A DNA stretch of 64,000 nt from Chrysomallon squamiferum (GCA_012295275.1 CM022671.1:7688001-7752000); one strand, 5' to 3'; positions 26,434 through 41,260 are shown, numbered from the stretch's first letter. The notes: generated by a model not told the origin, from the sequence alone. Made by a program: numbers and translations.

Positions 26434-28991
26434 GTTTGTGTGACATTAACCAAGATTGCATCCGTGTAATTATAGCATAGTTGTTAATATCCTGCATCCA
26501 GCTTTGGTTATACGTTTTTGCGTTTATAATCGTTGCATTGTCTGAAACACACATTATTTGTGTTTTATATCCATTTTCTTGTCTGAATCGTATATGTTTT
26601 ATTTGTAATCTGTACAATTCTTGTAGAGATCATAAATAGATACGTTTATTTCAAAATAATTATAATACACTAATAAATTATAGTAGATATGTTTTGTGCT
26701 TATGTCCATTGTATTATAAGGTTTGTTTATACCTGTACTTTATTAAATAGATCATAATAGTTAAATTTTGTCGAAATTTGAAAATAATGAGAACGAATCA
26801 TTTGTAAAAATGCAGAACTGTTCAGTTATTATATAGATCATAATAGATAAAATTAAAAAAATGTATTTATTTCAAAGTAATGATAAGAAATATCTGAATC
26901 CATCTTAAATTACAGCAGATAGGTTTATATCAACAGTTACAAATATCAGAATGACCGATTATGTTTATTATTTATACCTAGACAATTATAAAGTATGTAT
27001 CTATACATTTAAACATAAAGACGTAGATTCAAATGATACTTGATAGTTACCTTTTAGGACTTTGATACTTTACTTTTTTTCGTGGGTTTAACTTTAATAA
27101 TCATTATCCACTGTAACCAGCTTTCAGGCTGAAAAGTTTGTCTAATGTGCTGCTGTTACGTAATTCTTTGAACCATGCCATCATTTGCTGTATGTAAACT
27201 TAGCAGAAATGTAAATCATTTGTAACAGCTGTTTGTATTCTTATTTATGTGGCCTTGTTGGACTGGGAATGAAACGAAATCAATATTAAAAACACTGATT
27301 AAGTAACAAAGGCTTATTCAGCAACTATATGTATAATATATATATAATAACACATACATACACACACATACATATACATTTCACATCACATGATGAATAT
27401 TTTATAATAGTCATTTCCTATTTCCTCAAAATAATCTAATCTTTACAAATGATGTATTAATAACCATTTCTGTACATTAACAATTTTACCAAACCAACAG
27501 AGATTATGTAATAATTCAAAACCATTTCTCCGACTTGCTGAAAAAAATTGGCCATTCTTCTAAATCACCAAATTTAAAGTAAAATAAATTATTAAATGGC
27601 GTGTATATGTTTGAATGAAACTAGATTGATAAGTGCTGTTCTTATAAAGATAAATTTGAAAGTAATTTTGTCCAAACTGAAAAAAAAACCACTGAATCAT
27701 CACTTGTGTCAGAATTGAGTCAAATTCAGTTAAAATTTTTTGTTATATTCAGCCTTCGTTGTTTTGTTTGTTTATTTTATTTTTTTTGATTTTTTGATTT
27801 TTTTTTTTTTTTTTTTGTCTTTCTCTCTTTTTTAATTTATAACAACAATGCTAATGTTAACCACTGTAATAAATTATTCATTTGGCTGTCATGTCATGGA
27901 GAAATTTATTTTCTGGCTTGCTTCCAGAATGTTCAAGTCTGTATTTTATGGACACATTGATTTGCCAGTGTTCAAGATATACCATTCAAATTTTGCCATG
28001 GCGCCAGTGGTAAGTATCATGGTTGCCCTCCATACTTGCCTTGGTGCCTTAAAATGTGTCCAAGGCAACAAAACCCTGTGACGTCAGGAGTGCAGGCAAA
28101 CGTCATGAGTTGCAGCTGTATTGGATAATTTATGTGATCTGTCATTGAACAGTGTTGCTGTTTTGTTAATTTGAAATCTGTTACCTTTATTTGTAAACTA
28201 GAAAAGCCATGGTGGGATAGAAAATAACCCATAAAGAGAAGACAGTTAAGTGTGAAGAGCCGTCTGGTTTTTTTTAGGTTCAAGTGATTCAAATAAACAT
28301 AGGTTTGATTAGTTATTAACTATGTGACCTGCAGCAAGGTCAGTGACTTCCATTAAAACTTGACAGAAATTAAGTTGCCTTTGTGCTTCCACATCGAAGG
28401 AGATGTTTGCCCTAACAATTCTAATAAAACATTCAAACCAAAAAAAAAAAAAGGAGAAAAAATAAAATAAAATTCATGTCCTGGTTCTTTATTTTAATAA
28501 CAGCTTTATTTTGACATACTTGTCTTTAAGAGTGTTCTGTGGACTGGTCAGTGCTGTGTTACAGATTTATTTGGTTACAGGATCAACCCTCCTTGATTTT
28601 TTCCATTGTGTTCCATGCCAGCCTGTTCGCACAGACATGCCATGCATATTAATTTTCAAATTTACATGACAGTGCACATAAATGATCCTTTGCCATTTAT
28701 GTTAAAATGCTCTAGGTATATATTTTTTTTAAATTAAAATTTTTTTTTTATGATATGTGTTGAAAATATACACAGTGTTTGGCATCTGTTTGATATGGAA
28801 TATTAATTTCTGCTATGGTTATTACTGGTTGAGTTAAATGCTTCAGTGGCTGGTTTAATCAAAAATCTTTAAAATATTATATTAAATAAAAATTAAAAAA
28901 CTCATGATTTGGTCAGGTTTCCACTATGAAAGCAATCACAGGCTCTTAATGAACCCAAATCTGACGCTAAAATTGACTGTCTGATATTTAT

Positions 28992-29870
<879 letters not shown>

Positions 29871-30609
29871 TGCCTGCTGCTCTACCATCTCCTCCAGTTT
29901 CATGCGCTGATCATGTTCAAACTGCAGAACTTTCTGCCACCTTTTCCCATGAGTCTGTGTAAAGTCCTTGTACTCAGCACATGCCTGGAATCACAGAAAT
30001 CATTCATTTAATTTAATGTTTTAAATGTATGGTTGTGTGACATATAGATAATGATAGATAAAATGTGTATTGACATTACAGACCAGACTTGTTTTTGATT
30101 AGCATCATGTGTATGATATGAAAGCTTATTTTAATTATTAATTTTAATCTTACAGTTAATAATAAATAAAATATTTTTCACACAATTAACTTCTACTTTT
30201 TTGATCAGCAGAAAAGTACTGATGTATACACACCTACCCATAGACACCAAAACATAAAACAATATAAACAAGTTCTGAGTTCAAACACACACACACACAC
30301 CACACATATTTATTGTGTATAACGTCCATATTAAAAGTTATGTGTTTAATCATAAGCCATTGATGTTTCTTTATAATGTTTTAATCTAGACATTTATGAC
30401 TATTTACTGTTGAAAGCAGGGAACATATAATCATGTTTTAAGTCTTTTTGTGTGTTCCCAGTCCAAACAGAGCCCAGACACTGCTTTGTTGACAGCTACA
30501 CTATTGGTTTTGAATTTGTTTTGTTAAATATTTAATCTTTTAATAACTGCTAAGATTGTAAGAATCTGTTTAAGTAGTTACTGGAACCATAACCTGTTTG
30601 TAAAAATGT

Positions 30610-31200
30610 CCGGCAACAAGTAACAACAACAAAAACGTTACTCAGTCATTTTTGTCAGAATGACCTAGTGCAAGTACCATTTACAGCATGCAGTCACATT
30701 TGTAGGAATTCTACTTGCTTATATGAATCTAAATGCTTGCAATGCATATATCTACTACAACAACAGAAATGTCACAATGATGTCCTACGGCAAACAGCTT
30801 CTACAACAACAATACATAATCATCTTTATAAGTATCTAGCTACAAGTAACTACTATAACAACAGCTTGAAATAATGTTTCAGGTGCCTACATGCAAATAA
30901 TACAGTTCCCGTATTGTGTAAGCATGTCTGTAGGTATCTGAGTGCAAGTAACTACTACTACTTAACAGCATGTAATCACATTGGTAAGTGTTGGCAACAA
31001 CTACTGCAACAACAGCACATAATTACATTTGTAGATTTATTATAGTACAAGTAACTACTACATTTATAAATGCAAGTAACCTCAACTACTGCAACCAGAG
31101 CTAGTAATTGTATTAGCAGACATGTCCCAGTACAGTTAACAGGTACAGCAACAGCATATTTAACATTGTCTATTCTGGTGACTGCAGTAACACTAGATCA
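30610..31200. repeat. Degenerate minisatellite (~50-bp unit, core caagtaactacta...caacagc)
   Basis: The core tgcaagtaactactacaacaacagcatgtaatcacatttgtag recurs in diverged form throughout. Confidence 0.7.
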
Positions 31201-32966
31201 CGTAACTGTATTTATATCTTTTAAAAACAAAAGTCTGCTGTAAATCAGCATGCACATTTTTCACAGGGACACTGACAGTGAGAAGTTCCACTCATTGATT
31301 ATGGATGAAGCAGCACACTGCACACTGCTCCATATTTTGAGATTATTCCTGCTTGTTTGTCAGTGTCGTGTCAAATAGTGCGAGTGGGCAGGTTACTCTG
31401 ATAACACATTTGACATGTATACTGTGTATGAGGCAGACTGTTCAGCAAGTTTGTTTGTAGTAAGTTGATGGCTAAGAGAGTTTTTTTTCTTTACACAACT
31501 GTGTGTGGGTGTTATGTGCATGTCTGTGGGCCAGATGTAACTCAGAATTTTTGTATAAATATATACTTTAAGCATGCACTGTGCTTGTGTATATGTGTTT
31601 GTGCAGTGTGGGTGTTTCTGTGTATGTGTGTGGCTTTTTATTTTGTTTATATTTTATAATGGTGTTTAGGGTTTTGTTATTTTATTTTATGACTGTGTTC
31701 ATGTGGTAATTAGTCATTTTCATCGCACTACTGATTTTGCATACAAAAAAAACAAAAAAAATGGTGGATTAATTCCATTAAATGTGAAGTACGTTGTTGA
31801 AGAGTTACCTTGGAACAGTAACTAGATGCTGAAGTCAGCTAATGCATCATACCAGGTGCTGGGCATGGGTAGATGAATCAGTTATTCACTGCTGATTACA
31901 GTATCTGACATTTTTGTTGTGTCTGTGTTACAGTTTTATAGTCATAATTTTCTAATTTTAACCCTGTTAACATTGCAGGCTGATTATTCAGCTAACAAGA
32001 TGTTAAAAAAATGATTGCATTAGATACAAAAGTCTAATATATGTAAATTTATGATATTCACTAATTACTTCAGTGGAGAATGTCGGTCAAAAACATGGAT
32101 TGTTATAAATGACCAACAAAGTTCATGAAAAGTGGTATGTGTATGAAACAAACTATGGGATGCTTCTAGGATAAAATTAAATCTTTAATTTAATAATTAA
32201 AATTAATGTGATATTAAAATGCCATTGATTTAATGGACTGATGATAGTACTTAATCTCTAATAGTCAAATTGAGTGTATATGGTGCATGACACTAATCCT
32301 GTGATTTTAAAAAATATATATTTTCATACAAATGATTGGAGTCAATATACATTTTATTAATTCTTAAGATAACACTGAAACTAAAATGAAAAAAATATTA
32401 AAATTGTGCGATTTTTTTTTTTTTTTTATTAGTAAATAATTTTTAACAAGATGTTGTTTTTTCATGGGGTATATATTCCCTGAATGTTAGAGCCAAGTCC
32501 AGCTGTTCAAATGTTATCAGATAGCATACACAGCAAAAATAATCAAGGTATAGATTTTTATCACTTAAGTTAATGGGACACCTGGTACAGTCCCATGTAA
32601 TATCAGTTGTTTTTGCTGTTAGGAAATAACACCTCTCACTTCTGATCATGAAACCAGTGCATGCACATACACGCACACACATACACACAAACACATCATA
32701 TAAAATTAATGCTGTCATAATATTAATGCAAAAAACCCCAAAGAACAAGATTCTAATATATTTATAAAATTCTGTTGAAATGCAATTCAGTGTAAGCAAA
32801 ACAGATGAACTGTCAGTAATTACAGCAAACTATGTGTCCCACACAAATAAAACAAAGATTAGAATTGGTGTACATTACAAAACACTACAAACTGGAGCTA
32901 ACATCCAGTGAACCATTATAGCCTTTTTACATTAAATAATTAATATCGTGAAGTTAGTATATTTTT

Positions 32967-33005
<39 letters not shown>

Positions 33006-33340
33006 CTTTCTTCTTTTTCTTTCTATTGTTATTTATAAAAAAAAAATTAAAAATTATAAATATCTTCATTTAGTTACCAAAAATAAACTTTTAAATAATA
33101 TATTATTTGGTGTTTATCTAACCAAATAAACTAATTGTCCAGCAAGCTACCAGTCACGCATGTCGGTTACAGGCTTTTTGACCAACATGTCAATAACCTA
33201 CACAATCCACTGCACATGAATACATTTTTATTCTTATGCTAATTCCGAAGTTGACCATTACATTGTTTTTATTGTTCAGGTTTTCTGGGGTTTTTTTCTG
33301 GTATCAAAGTATTCATGGGATCTGGCAGTATAAGTTGTTT

Positions 33341-33375
<35 letters not shown>

Positions 33376-35151
33376 CGTAGGCAGTAATAGTATAGTTGTA
33401 CAGTTTGTATCAGTGATTAGCTAGCTTTAAGTAACTATGCCCATTATGTTGATTAAATTATAACAAAAATAAGCTTTCAGTTAATTTCACTAAAAACAAC
33501 AAGGACTTAACCTGTTAAGTGATATATACACAAACATAGTTGTGTTAGTTAATTTAGCTGATGTCAGTGGCCAATATCAGATTGTAATAACTCTAAAAAA
33601 TATGCTCTTCTTTATCTTTTTCATTTTGTCTTTAAAAAAAAAAATTAAAAAAAATTTAAAAAAATTGATTTTAATAACACTTAGTTACCAAAAATAAAAT
33701 TAAAAATAATTTTTTTAAAAGAAGTAATACAGGACTAATTTTTACTTGTATGTATGAATAGCATACCTTTGCTGTTATGTATGTAAAGGACCATACCAAA
33801 TGTAACCAGATTTGTTAGCTTTATTATAACTTATAGGAGAAATTAACTTCTTCCCATAGGTTGAAAATTACTAGTATTATAGGGGCCATGAAATGACTCA
33901 AGTAGGATAACGTCCAGTTTTATTACAGAAAACTATATAAATCATTCTTAATAATGGGGGTTATTTTCATTCTAAATAAAATTTGTTTGTGTGTTACAGC
34001 TTTAATGTAAATGTTTTTTATAATAATTTTTATGGATATATTGTGCGTGCATGCAGTGTGGATAGATGTAAGTGTAAGTGTGTGTGAATAAGAAAGAGAG
34101 AGAGATGAAATTAAACAAAAAAATAGTTTCTGTATAATAAATCATACTCTAGCTTTATAAAATGGTGTATAACTAGAACTCAGAATGAAAAGCTGACGGG
34201 CTGGATGAGGTAATTGTCTGTCATTAGATTATTACACTCTTTATTAAGTAATCCACCTTCAAGTCAGCTCTTAAGCAAGTATAACAGACTTTGAAGTATG
34301 CACAAATCAGATTATGCTGAAGTATAGCCAGGCTTTTTCCCATTAAATCTTCGGAAACCATCTTGAATGGTTCATTAAGTGTTTAAACACAGTAGGAAAA
34401 AACCCCAGCAAAAACTAAATGTTAGCAGGAAAAGGTATATTGAATTTGATCAATAATTATTACTTGAAAATCAAATTTTTGTTATCTTTAAAGTTTAATA
34501 GCCAGTGAAAAAGCACAAGGTGTCACTTTATGTATGTGTGTATGTATGTATGATTGAAAACATTGTATCAAGAATTGTCACATTTCTGGGGTATTAAGTT
34601 AATATCCATGTGGCTTGGACCAAAATCTTCATTTTGATAACACTTCCATATCTATAGTTGCAGAAATATATCCATTTGATAATCATGGAAAATTTTTAGC
34701 AGACTTTTCTAATTTTGATTTTGGAACATAAGGATTATAAATTCAAGATTATTTATTTTATATTTCCTGTTTTGGTTTTTAATTTTTTTTTTATTTACTT
34801 ATTTTTATTATTAAATTTTTGTTTTCTTTTATTATTTTTTAATTTTTTTTTTATTGTATTTATTCCCTTAGCTGTGACTGTAGATACGGTATTCATGTCT
34901 CATTTTCTCATAAAATATTAAAACTGAAAATTAATAACTTCATGATTTATTAGTATCATTGTGAAATATCTCTGATTTGAACTGGAGAGACAGATACCAA
35001 CAGTTTGAACTGCTGGTAATTTTGATGTTTGATTCAGTCACTGATACTGATTTATGACAAGAATAGATTCCATTCATCTTTTTAAAGATTTCTTTTAAAC
35101 TCAGTTTCACCCTTTCGTGCAATCTTCCAAAAGGAATTATTATCCAATTTC

Positions 35152-35364
35152 AAATTGATTTCCCTGGGATAAAATCTATTTTGTTGTAGTGAAATATTAG
35201 TTATATTTTAAACTCAATATTATTTAAAACAAAGCATCAGAGTCGAACAGTTGTTGGATGTTACTAAATTGATTTTCCTTAGATAAAAACCACTGTTGGT
35301 TTTGTTTCAGTGAAATATTAGTTATACTTTAAACTCAGTATTCTCTAAAACAAAGTATCAGACA
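35152..35364. repeat. Two-copy ~115-bp diverged tandem duplication
   Basis: aaattgattt.cct..gataaaa...agtgaaatattagttata.tttaaactca.tatt.t.taaaacaaag.atcaga occurs twice. Confidence 0.8.
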
Positions 35365-35612
35365 TAAAAAGTTGTGTTACTAAGCTACAGTATGTTCTGT
35401 CCTTAGATGTGCATTTATTCTCAGCCATTTATTTTCTCTATAATGAATTTGCTGGTGTAACAGAAACGATAATTAACTTATCCTAACTTGATCTACTGTA
35501 CCGATGTCAGACTACTCTTTTACTGTTAATTAATTTTCACAAATCTGCAGTCAGATGGGATATGCAAAACTAATGTCACATTAACTCTGTTACTTATATA
35601 TATATATATTAC

Positions 35613-35615
<3 letters not shown>

Positions 35616-35652
<37 letters not shown>

Positions 35653-35659
35653 TTTATTA

Positions 35660-35699
<40 letters not shown>

Positions 35700-35706
35700 T
35701 TTATTA

Positions 35707-35751
<45 letters not shown>
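35616..35751. repeat. (ATT)n microsatellite with duplicated TTTT interruptions
   Basis: Directly visible. Confidence 0.95.
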
Positions 35752-35752
<1 letters not shown>

Positions 35753-36455
35753 AAATCTTAGCAACAATGATATATTTTTATCTAAATTAAAAAATATCAT
35801 ATGTCAGGGCTTTGACAGTTCATGAAATAAATAGGAAAACATACATATAAACCTTAAAAGTGGTGTCCAAATTCATGAAAAATAATTATAACATTTCTAG
35901 AGAAGCCTGTAAATTACCTTTACCAAATCAGATTTTCTTGTATACATTCTCCATTACAAAACACATCTTCTTTTCCTGAAAAGACAAGAAAACAACATAA
36001 AATTTATTAATCTAAATAAACAAACTAGATATGAAATAGGTTTGTACCTACAATCCAGGTTTTGCTCTGATCTGTAGCTGTTCCCAGTATGTTTTGATGT
36101 ATTAGCTGTGTGCCAAATGTTGGTAAATTTACAAAGACCAGAAATATCAGTGGGTGAAGTAATCAATGCCTGTATTCTGGGTCGGTTCAGCCCATGATTA
36201 CTGTTTGATTTGCTTGTGTACTTTGAACTCAAAGCAGAAATCAGTTGCTTTTGGAAGAGGAAAAAAATTCTTTCTTTTTTTTTTAGTTGAGCAGACATTT
36301 GTATTCTGTCCAGTTCAAGCATCTATTTGTATTAAGTGTGGCCTTTTAACTATTTATTTATTTATTTATATTCTTCTTCTTGTACTGCTACTTCTTATTA
36401 TTACTATTATTATTGTTGTTGTTGTTGTTGATGTATTTAACTTTAATAAATACAA

Positions 36456-36545
36456 TACAGTGCCATCTCTATTAAGCAACCACCTGTTTTTAAAGGCCAC
36501 TTTTTATTATTTAATTCAGTGGCTTCTTAACACAGGTTGAACATA
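36456..36545. mobile_element. Short decayed Tc1/mariner-pogo-type MITE
   Basis: TA-CAGT...CTCTATTAAGCAACCAC left end versus GTGGCTTCTTAACACAGGTTGAACA-TA right end form imperfect inverted repeats. A related fragment (acctgttttaagcagagccacctgttaataaggaccactttt) is at 51551-51592. Confidence 0.5.
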
Positions 36546-36762
36546 TCAGCTCAGTTACAGTTTCTGAAAAGACAGTAATATTTATCAGTATAAAACAAAT
36601 ATATATATATACATAACAACATAAGTAATATTTTATTTTTAAACTTTTAGGTACTCAACACCTCTTTGGTTTATGTTCTAACAGTGAATAGTATGATTAA
36701 TACTTCTTTGCGATACGTTACTCCCTTGGAATCAATGAAATGGTCATAATCTCTACACACAA

Positions 36763-37110
36763 TTATTACAGAGTGTCACCAAGAGAATAATCCATATGTC
36801 ACCGTTTATAAATGGCTTGACTATACAGACACTCATCTCAGACAGGAGAATTTATTACAGAATGTCACCAAGAGAATAATCCATATGTCACTGTTTATAA
36901 ATGGCTTGACTATACAGACACTCATCTCAGACAGGAGGATTTGTTTCTGTCAATGAAGTGATCATAGGCCTTGTACAAAATTATTATTACCAAATGCCAT
37001 AAAAAAAAATGCATTATGTTATAATGCTAGACTATTATCCATCTATGACGTTTTATAAATGGCTTGACTAGACGAACATTTCCCTGAGACAGGGAGATTC
37101 ACTGTTTTTC
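36763..37110. repeat. 89-bp tandem direct repeat (two near-identical copies plus a diverged third)
   Basis: ttattacaga..gtcaccaagagaataatccatatgtcac.gtttataaatggcttgactatacagacactcatctcagacaggag starts at 36763 and 36852; diverged copy at ~37034-37100. Confidence 0.9.
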
Positions 37111-37332
37111 ATTAAAAGTGATTTCTATGTCATCCAAAAAATTATTAAATTAAAATGCTAGAGGTTTATCCGTATGTCAGTTATATGGTTTGATTAGGTG
37201 CAGGACGATGGAATCCTTGGTTCAGATAATGTTTTTTTTTATTACAAATTTATACAGAAATTTATCAATTTTTTCTTTGAGTTATAGATCTTATTTTATT
37301 GATGAACAGTATATTTGTAGTTTGTTTTTATT

Positions 37333-37363
<31 letters not shown>

Positions 37364-37648
37364 TTATATTTATTTATTATTTACTTTTTCTTTTCTTTTC
37401 TTTCTTTTTTATTGTTTTCATTAAAAATATAAGCAGAAATATTTCTATTCTGAATAAATTATGTAGAAGTCATTTCTTTTCAATACAATTTTAATTTGTC
37501 ATTTTATTACTGCACTTTAAGTACATTAATTATATCAGATTTCCAAAATTTTCTTTCCTGAAGAATTTTATTAATTATCTTTCATTTGAAATTGTAAAAT
37601 GGAAAAAAGTAGTTATTGAATTTGTTCTAACAATCAATGAACCATTTA

Positions 37649-37689
<41 letters not shown>

Positions 37690-38201
37690 AACGTAAAAGA
37701 GCAGTAATAAAAAAAAAAATTGTACCCATAAAATAAAATGTTCAGATAATAAATTTGTTACAGCTGCATAAATGTTAATTTTTTTGTATTAGTTTGGGGC
37801 ACCTCAGTTACATGCTTTCCAGTTATTTTTAAAATAAATTTCGATTTAAAAAACAACAATTTGTTATACATCAAGTCTGTGCATGTTTGTGTGTGGGTGT
37901 AGTTTTAGTGGGTGTATGTTTCTATGTTTTGTATTTGTGAGAATTTATATTTGTATTTATGGATGGGTTAATGTATGTAGTTTGCATATAATATATTTAT
38001 GTATATAAGTGCATAATTTGTGTGTGTGTACGGCTGTTAGTACATATTGTTATATGTATTGTACTAACATATACATCTCTGTATATATAACACGTATCTG
38101 TATTAAACTAACTACATACAAGACGTATTGTGTTACACTAACCTGTGCATGACTGTCATGAGCCTGGCTCATGTCTCTAGTATATTCACTGATTTTTCCA
38201 G

Positions 38202-38446
38202 AGAGCGACGATGATGAATCTCACCAGCCAGACAAGTTTGAGTTACAGAACACGCTGAGGACTCTGAGTGCCAAACTAGAGGACCTCAACACCTGCAACG
38301 ATCTCATCGCCAAGCACGGCCATTCCTTGCAGAAGACACTGACGGAACTAGAACAGCTGAACGACCCAACAGACATCACCAACAAGTTAAAGGCAGTCAA
38401 TGAAAGAGCAACGATATTCCGAATCACTACCAATGCTATGATAAAT
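38202..38446 (+). CDS. OSBP: OSBP exon 3: coiled coil
   Basis: LSAKLEDLNTCNDLIAKHG...VNERATIFRITTNAMIN; phase 1-0. Confidence 0.96.
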
Positions 38447-38955
38447 GTAAATTTGTTTTTTTAATTCTATTAGTACTATTAGTCTGCAAGGTTTGTACTG
38501 CATTTATTTCTTCCTTCACAGTGATTTCCAACTGCAAAGCTATGTTATAACTTAAGCAAAAATGTTGATTATCTAACCATCATTCTGTAATGCTAGAGTT
38601 AAGCAACTGAACCAGCACTGGTGACAAAGTCTTTAGTACAGTGAATGAATAACATGATTTAAATAGCAGAAGAACTAACACTCAGCTTCCCTAACCTCTT
38701 TCAAACCCAGTTTTTGTTCAAAATAAAATGTCAGTAGGCCTCCCAACAGCAGAGAACATTAGTTAATGAAGTTACAAGGTAAGCTGGCTTGGCTGACCTC
38801 AGGTATCTTGTGATTGGTTATGAACAGTATTCAGGCTAATCATAAGGATAATTCATCAAAAACTTGTACTTGGTGATTTGGCTTGATACCCTTTAAAAAA
38901 GACCCACAAAGGTAATACTGTATGACAGTGTAATTTACTTTTGATGGTGGGTGAC

Positions 38956-39002
<47 letters not shown>

Positions 39003-40174
39003 TTTGTTATTGTTATTGTTAAATTGTTATTGACCCTGAATCTGTAGTTGTGTTGTTGTTTATTGTATAGATTTTACAGCAAATGTCTAAGCTATAATAC
39101 TAATATATTTCCTTTCTGTTTGGTTAGATATTTGTCACTACATTTGACCTTACTTTAGAGATGTGACATAATAGATCATTTCACAGAATAAGTTCTCAGT
39201 AAAGACAAAAATTGTAATAATAACTGTAATTATTACAAGATGAGTAAGATATCACAGACTGTCACTCTGCTCTGATCAGTTGAGTCTATATTGCGCTGAT
39301 AAGATTTAGAATCATAGACTCTAGATTGTATTGACAGGATTCTAGAATCTGCATTCTGCTGACAAGATTCTAGAAACTGAACTCTTGATTGTGCTGACAC
39401 ATGTCACTGCACTAACATAAACATTATTATTTTTGTCTAACCAAACCACTCAGTCTCAGTGATTAAGTAAAACGTCTGTCAACATATGCTGAATATCTTT
39501 CGTTTCATATGTTTTATTTACCAACTTCATGAGAAACATGATGCATCTTCCTAAAAATAGATTTGTTTTATACATGGGTTTCTTTCTATATAGAAGACAG
39601 TAAATACCATGGTTTCTGATAAACAAGACATGTGGTAAACATTTTAATAATGCAAGCAGAGCAAAGAAGAAGACTTCAGATCAGATCTATAGCCACAGAA
39701 CCATAGTTTCTTGAATATTAATAACAAGAGAGCCAGCTGTCATTTAATAAATTATTTTCTTCAGACTTTTTGTTGTTACATATTTAAAAAAATAAAATAA
39801 AAAAAAATCTTTATTAAAAAATAAAAGCTAATTATTAATATATTTTTTTAATTACACTTAACTCACATCCAGTTTCCCCAGAACTTGTTTATACTGTTTT
39901 ATGTTTTGTTGTCTAAGGGTAGGTGCGTATAAAACAATACTTTTCTGTTGATTAAAAAAAGTAGAAGTTAATTGTGTGAAAAATGTTTTATCTATTATTA
40001 ACTGTAAGACTAAATGTAATAATTAAAATAAGCTTTCATATCATACACACGATGCTAATCAAAAACAAGTCTGGTCTGTAATGTCAAGACACATTTTATG
40101 TATCATTATCTGTATAACATTTAAAACATTTTAAGTGCATCATTAAATTGAATGAATAATTTCTCTGATTCCAG

Positions 40175-40355
40175 GCATGTGCTGAGTACAAGGACTTTAC
40201 ACAGACTCATGGGAAAAGGTGGCAGAAAGTTCTGCAGTTTGAACACGATCAGCGCATGAAACTGGAGGAGATGGTAGAGCAGCTGGCAAAGGAGCAGGCA
40301 TCTTTGGAAAACAAGGCCCGCAAGTCTCTACACAACACTAAACCAGACAAATCAG
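40175..40355 (+). CDS. OSBP: OSBP exon 4
   Basis: ACAEYKDFTQTHGKRWQKVLQFEHDQRMKLEEMVEQLAKEQ; phase 0-1. Confidence 0.95.
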
Positions 40356-41048
40356 GTACAGCTCCTTCACATCCTTATACAGTACCTTGTCATACTTACA
40401 TTTAATAATGATTCTTTGTTTATTAGTAATTGCCTTTTCAACATTAATAAAAGTTGGTGATGGTGGTAGCAATAATAATAAGAGTTACAGTAATAATGGG
40501 AGCTGGAGTTGGTAATAGTAATACTTGTAATGGTGGTGGTGGTAATGGTAATAGTACTGATGCTTGTGATAGTAGTAATAGTAGTGGTAGTATTAGTACT
40601 AGTAGTAGTAGTAATTGTTGTTGTAATAGAAGCTGCAGCAGCAGAAGAAACAGAAGTAGAGATGATATTAATGACCCGTTCAGTACAATTGTCTCCTAAG
40701 ACATTTAAATGATCATCTGAAAGCAACAATAAAAATATTTTACAGAATTCATAAACCATACTTTTCCTCAGACATACATTACTATCAGAATCTCAGATGT
40801 ATAACATAAAAGAAATAATAGATTCTTGTATAGTATTTTCTATATTAGCTTCTACATTTTATGTTGGGGTAAAGTTAACTATTCATTTACGATAATTAGT
40901 TTGATTTACAATCTGCTTTCATTTAAGTCTTTAAAAAAACGTATACTTTTAAACATTATCTTTAAATTTTTAGCTTTCCATTATAACTTTTAAAGCACGG
41001 ATGGACACAAGAAACAGCAGCAATTTATTTTGTCACGGTCACTTTCAG

Positions 41049-41142
41049 GTTCAGACGAGGAAGATTTTTTCGATGCCTTAGATCATCACGTCCAGGAAGA
41101 ATTTGAAGTCGTGTTACCACACGATCCTCCTCCTAGACACAG
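41049..41142 (+). CDS. OSBP: OSBP exon 5: FFAT motif
   Basis: SDEEDFFDALD (FFAT EFFDAxE-like); phase 1-2. Confidence 0.93.
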
Positions 41143-41260
41143 GTGACCTACAGTTTTTTAATTTATTTTAATTTTTTAATCTTTTTATTTTTATTTTTTA
41201 TTCTTAATTATTATCTTAGTATCTCCTTGTCTGTCTGTATACTTTCTTTTGATTAGAATA

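Noticed and set aside
38765-38785. Strong donor CAAG|GTAAGC with nearby ATG in OSBP intron 3 as an alternative first exon
   Set aside because: The ATG frame ends in phase 1 while the next exon (40175) needs phase 0; no other support.
40367-40759. Thr-, Ser/Gly- or Val-rich ORFs on both strands
   Set aside because: Degenerate trinucleotide (GTA/GTG) low-complexity tract inside OSBP intron 4; no splice-phase support.
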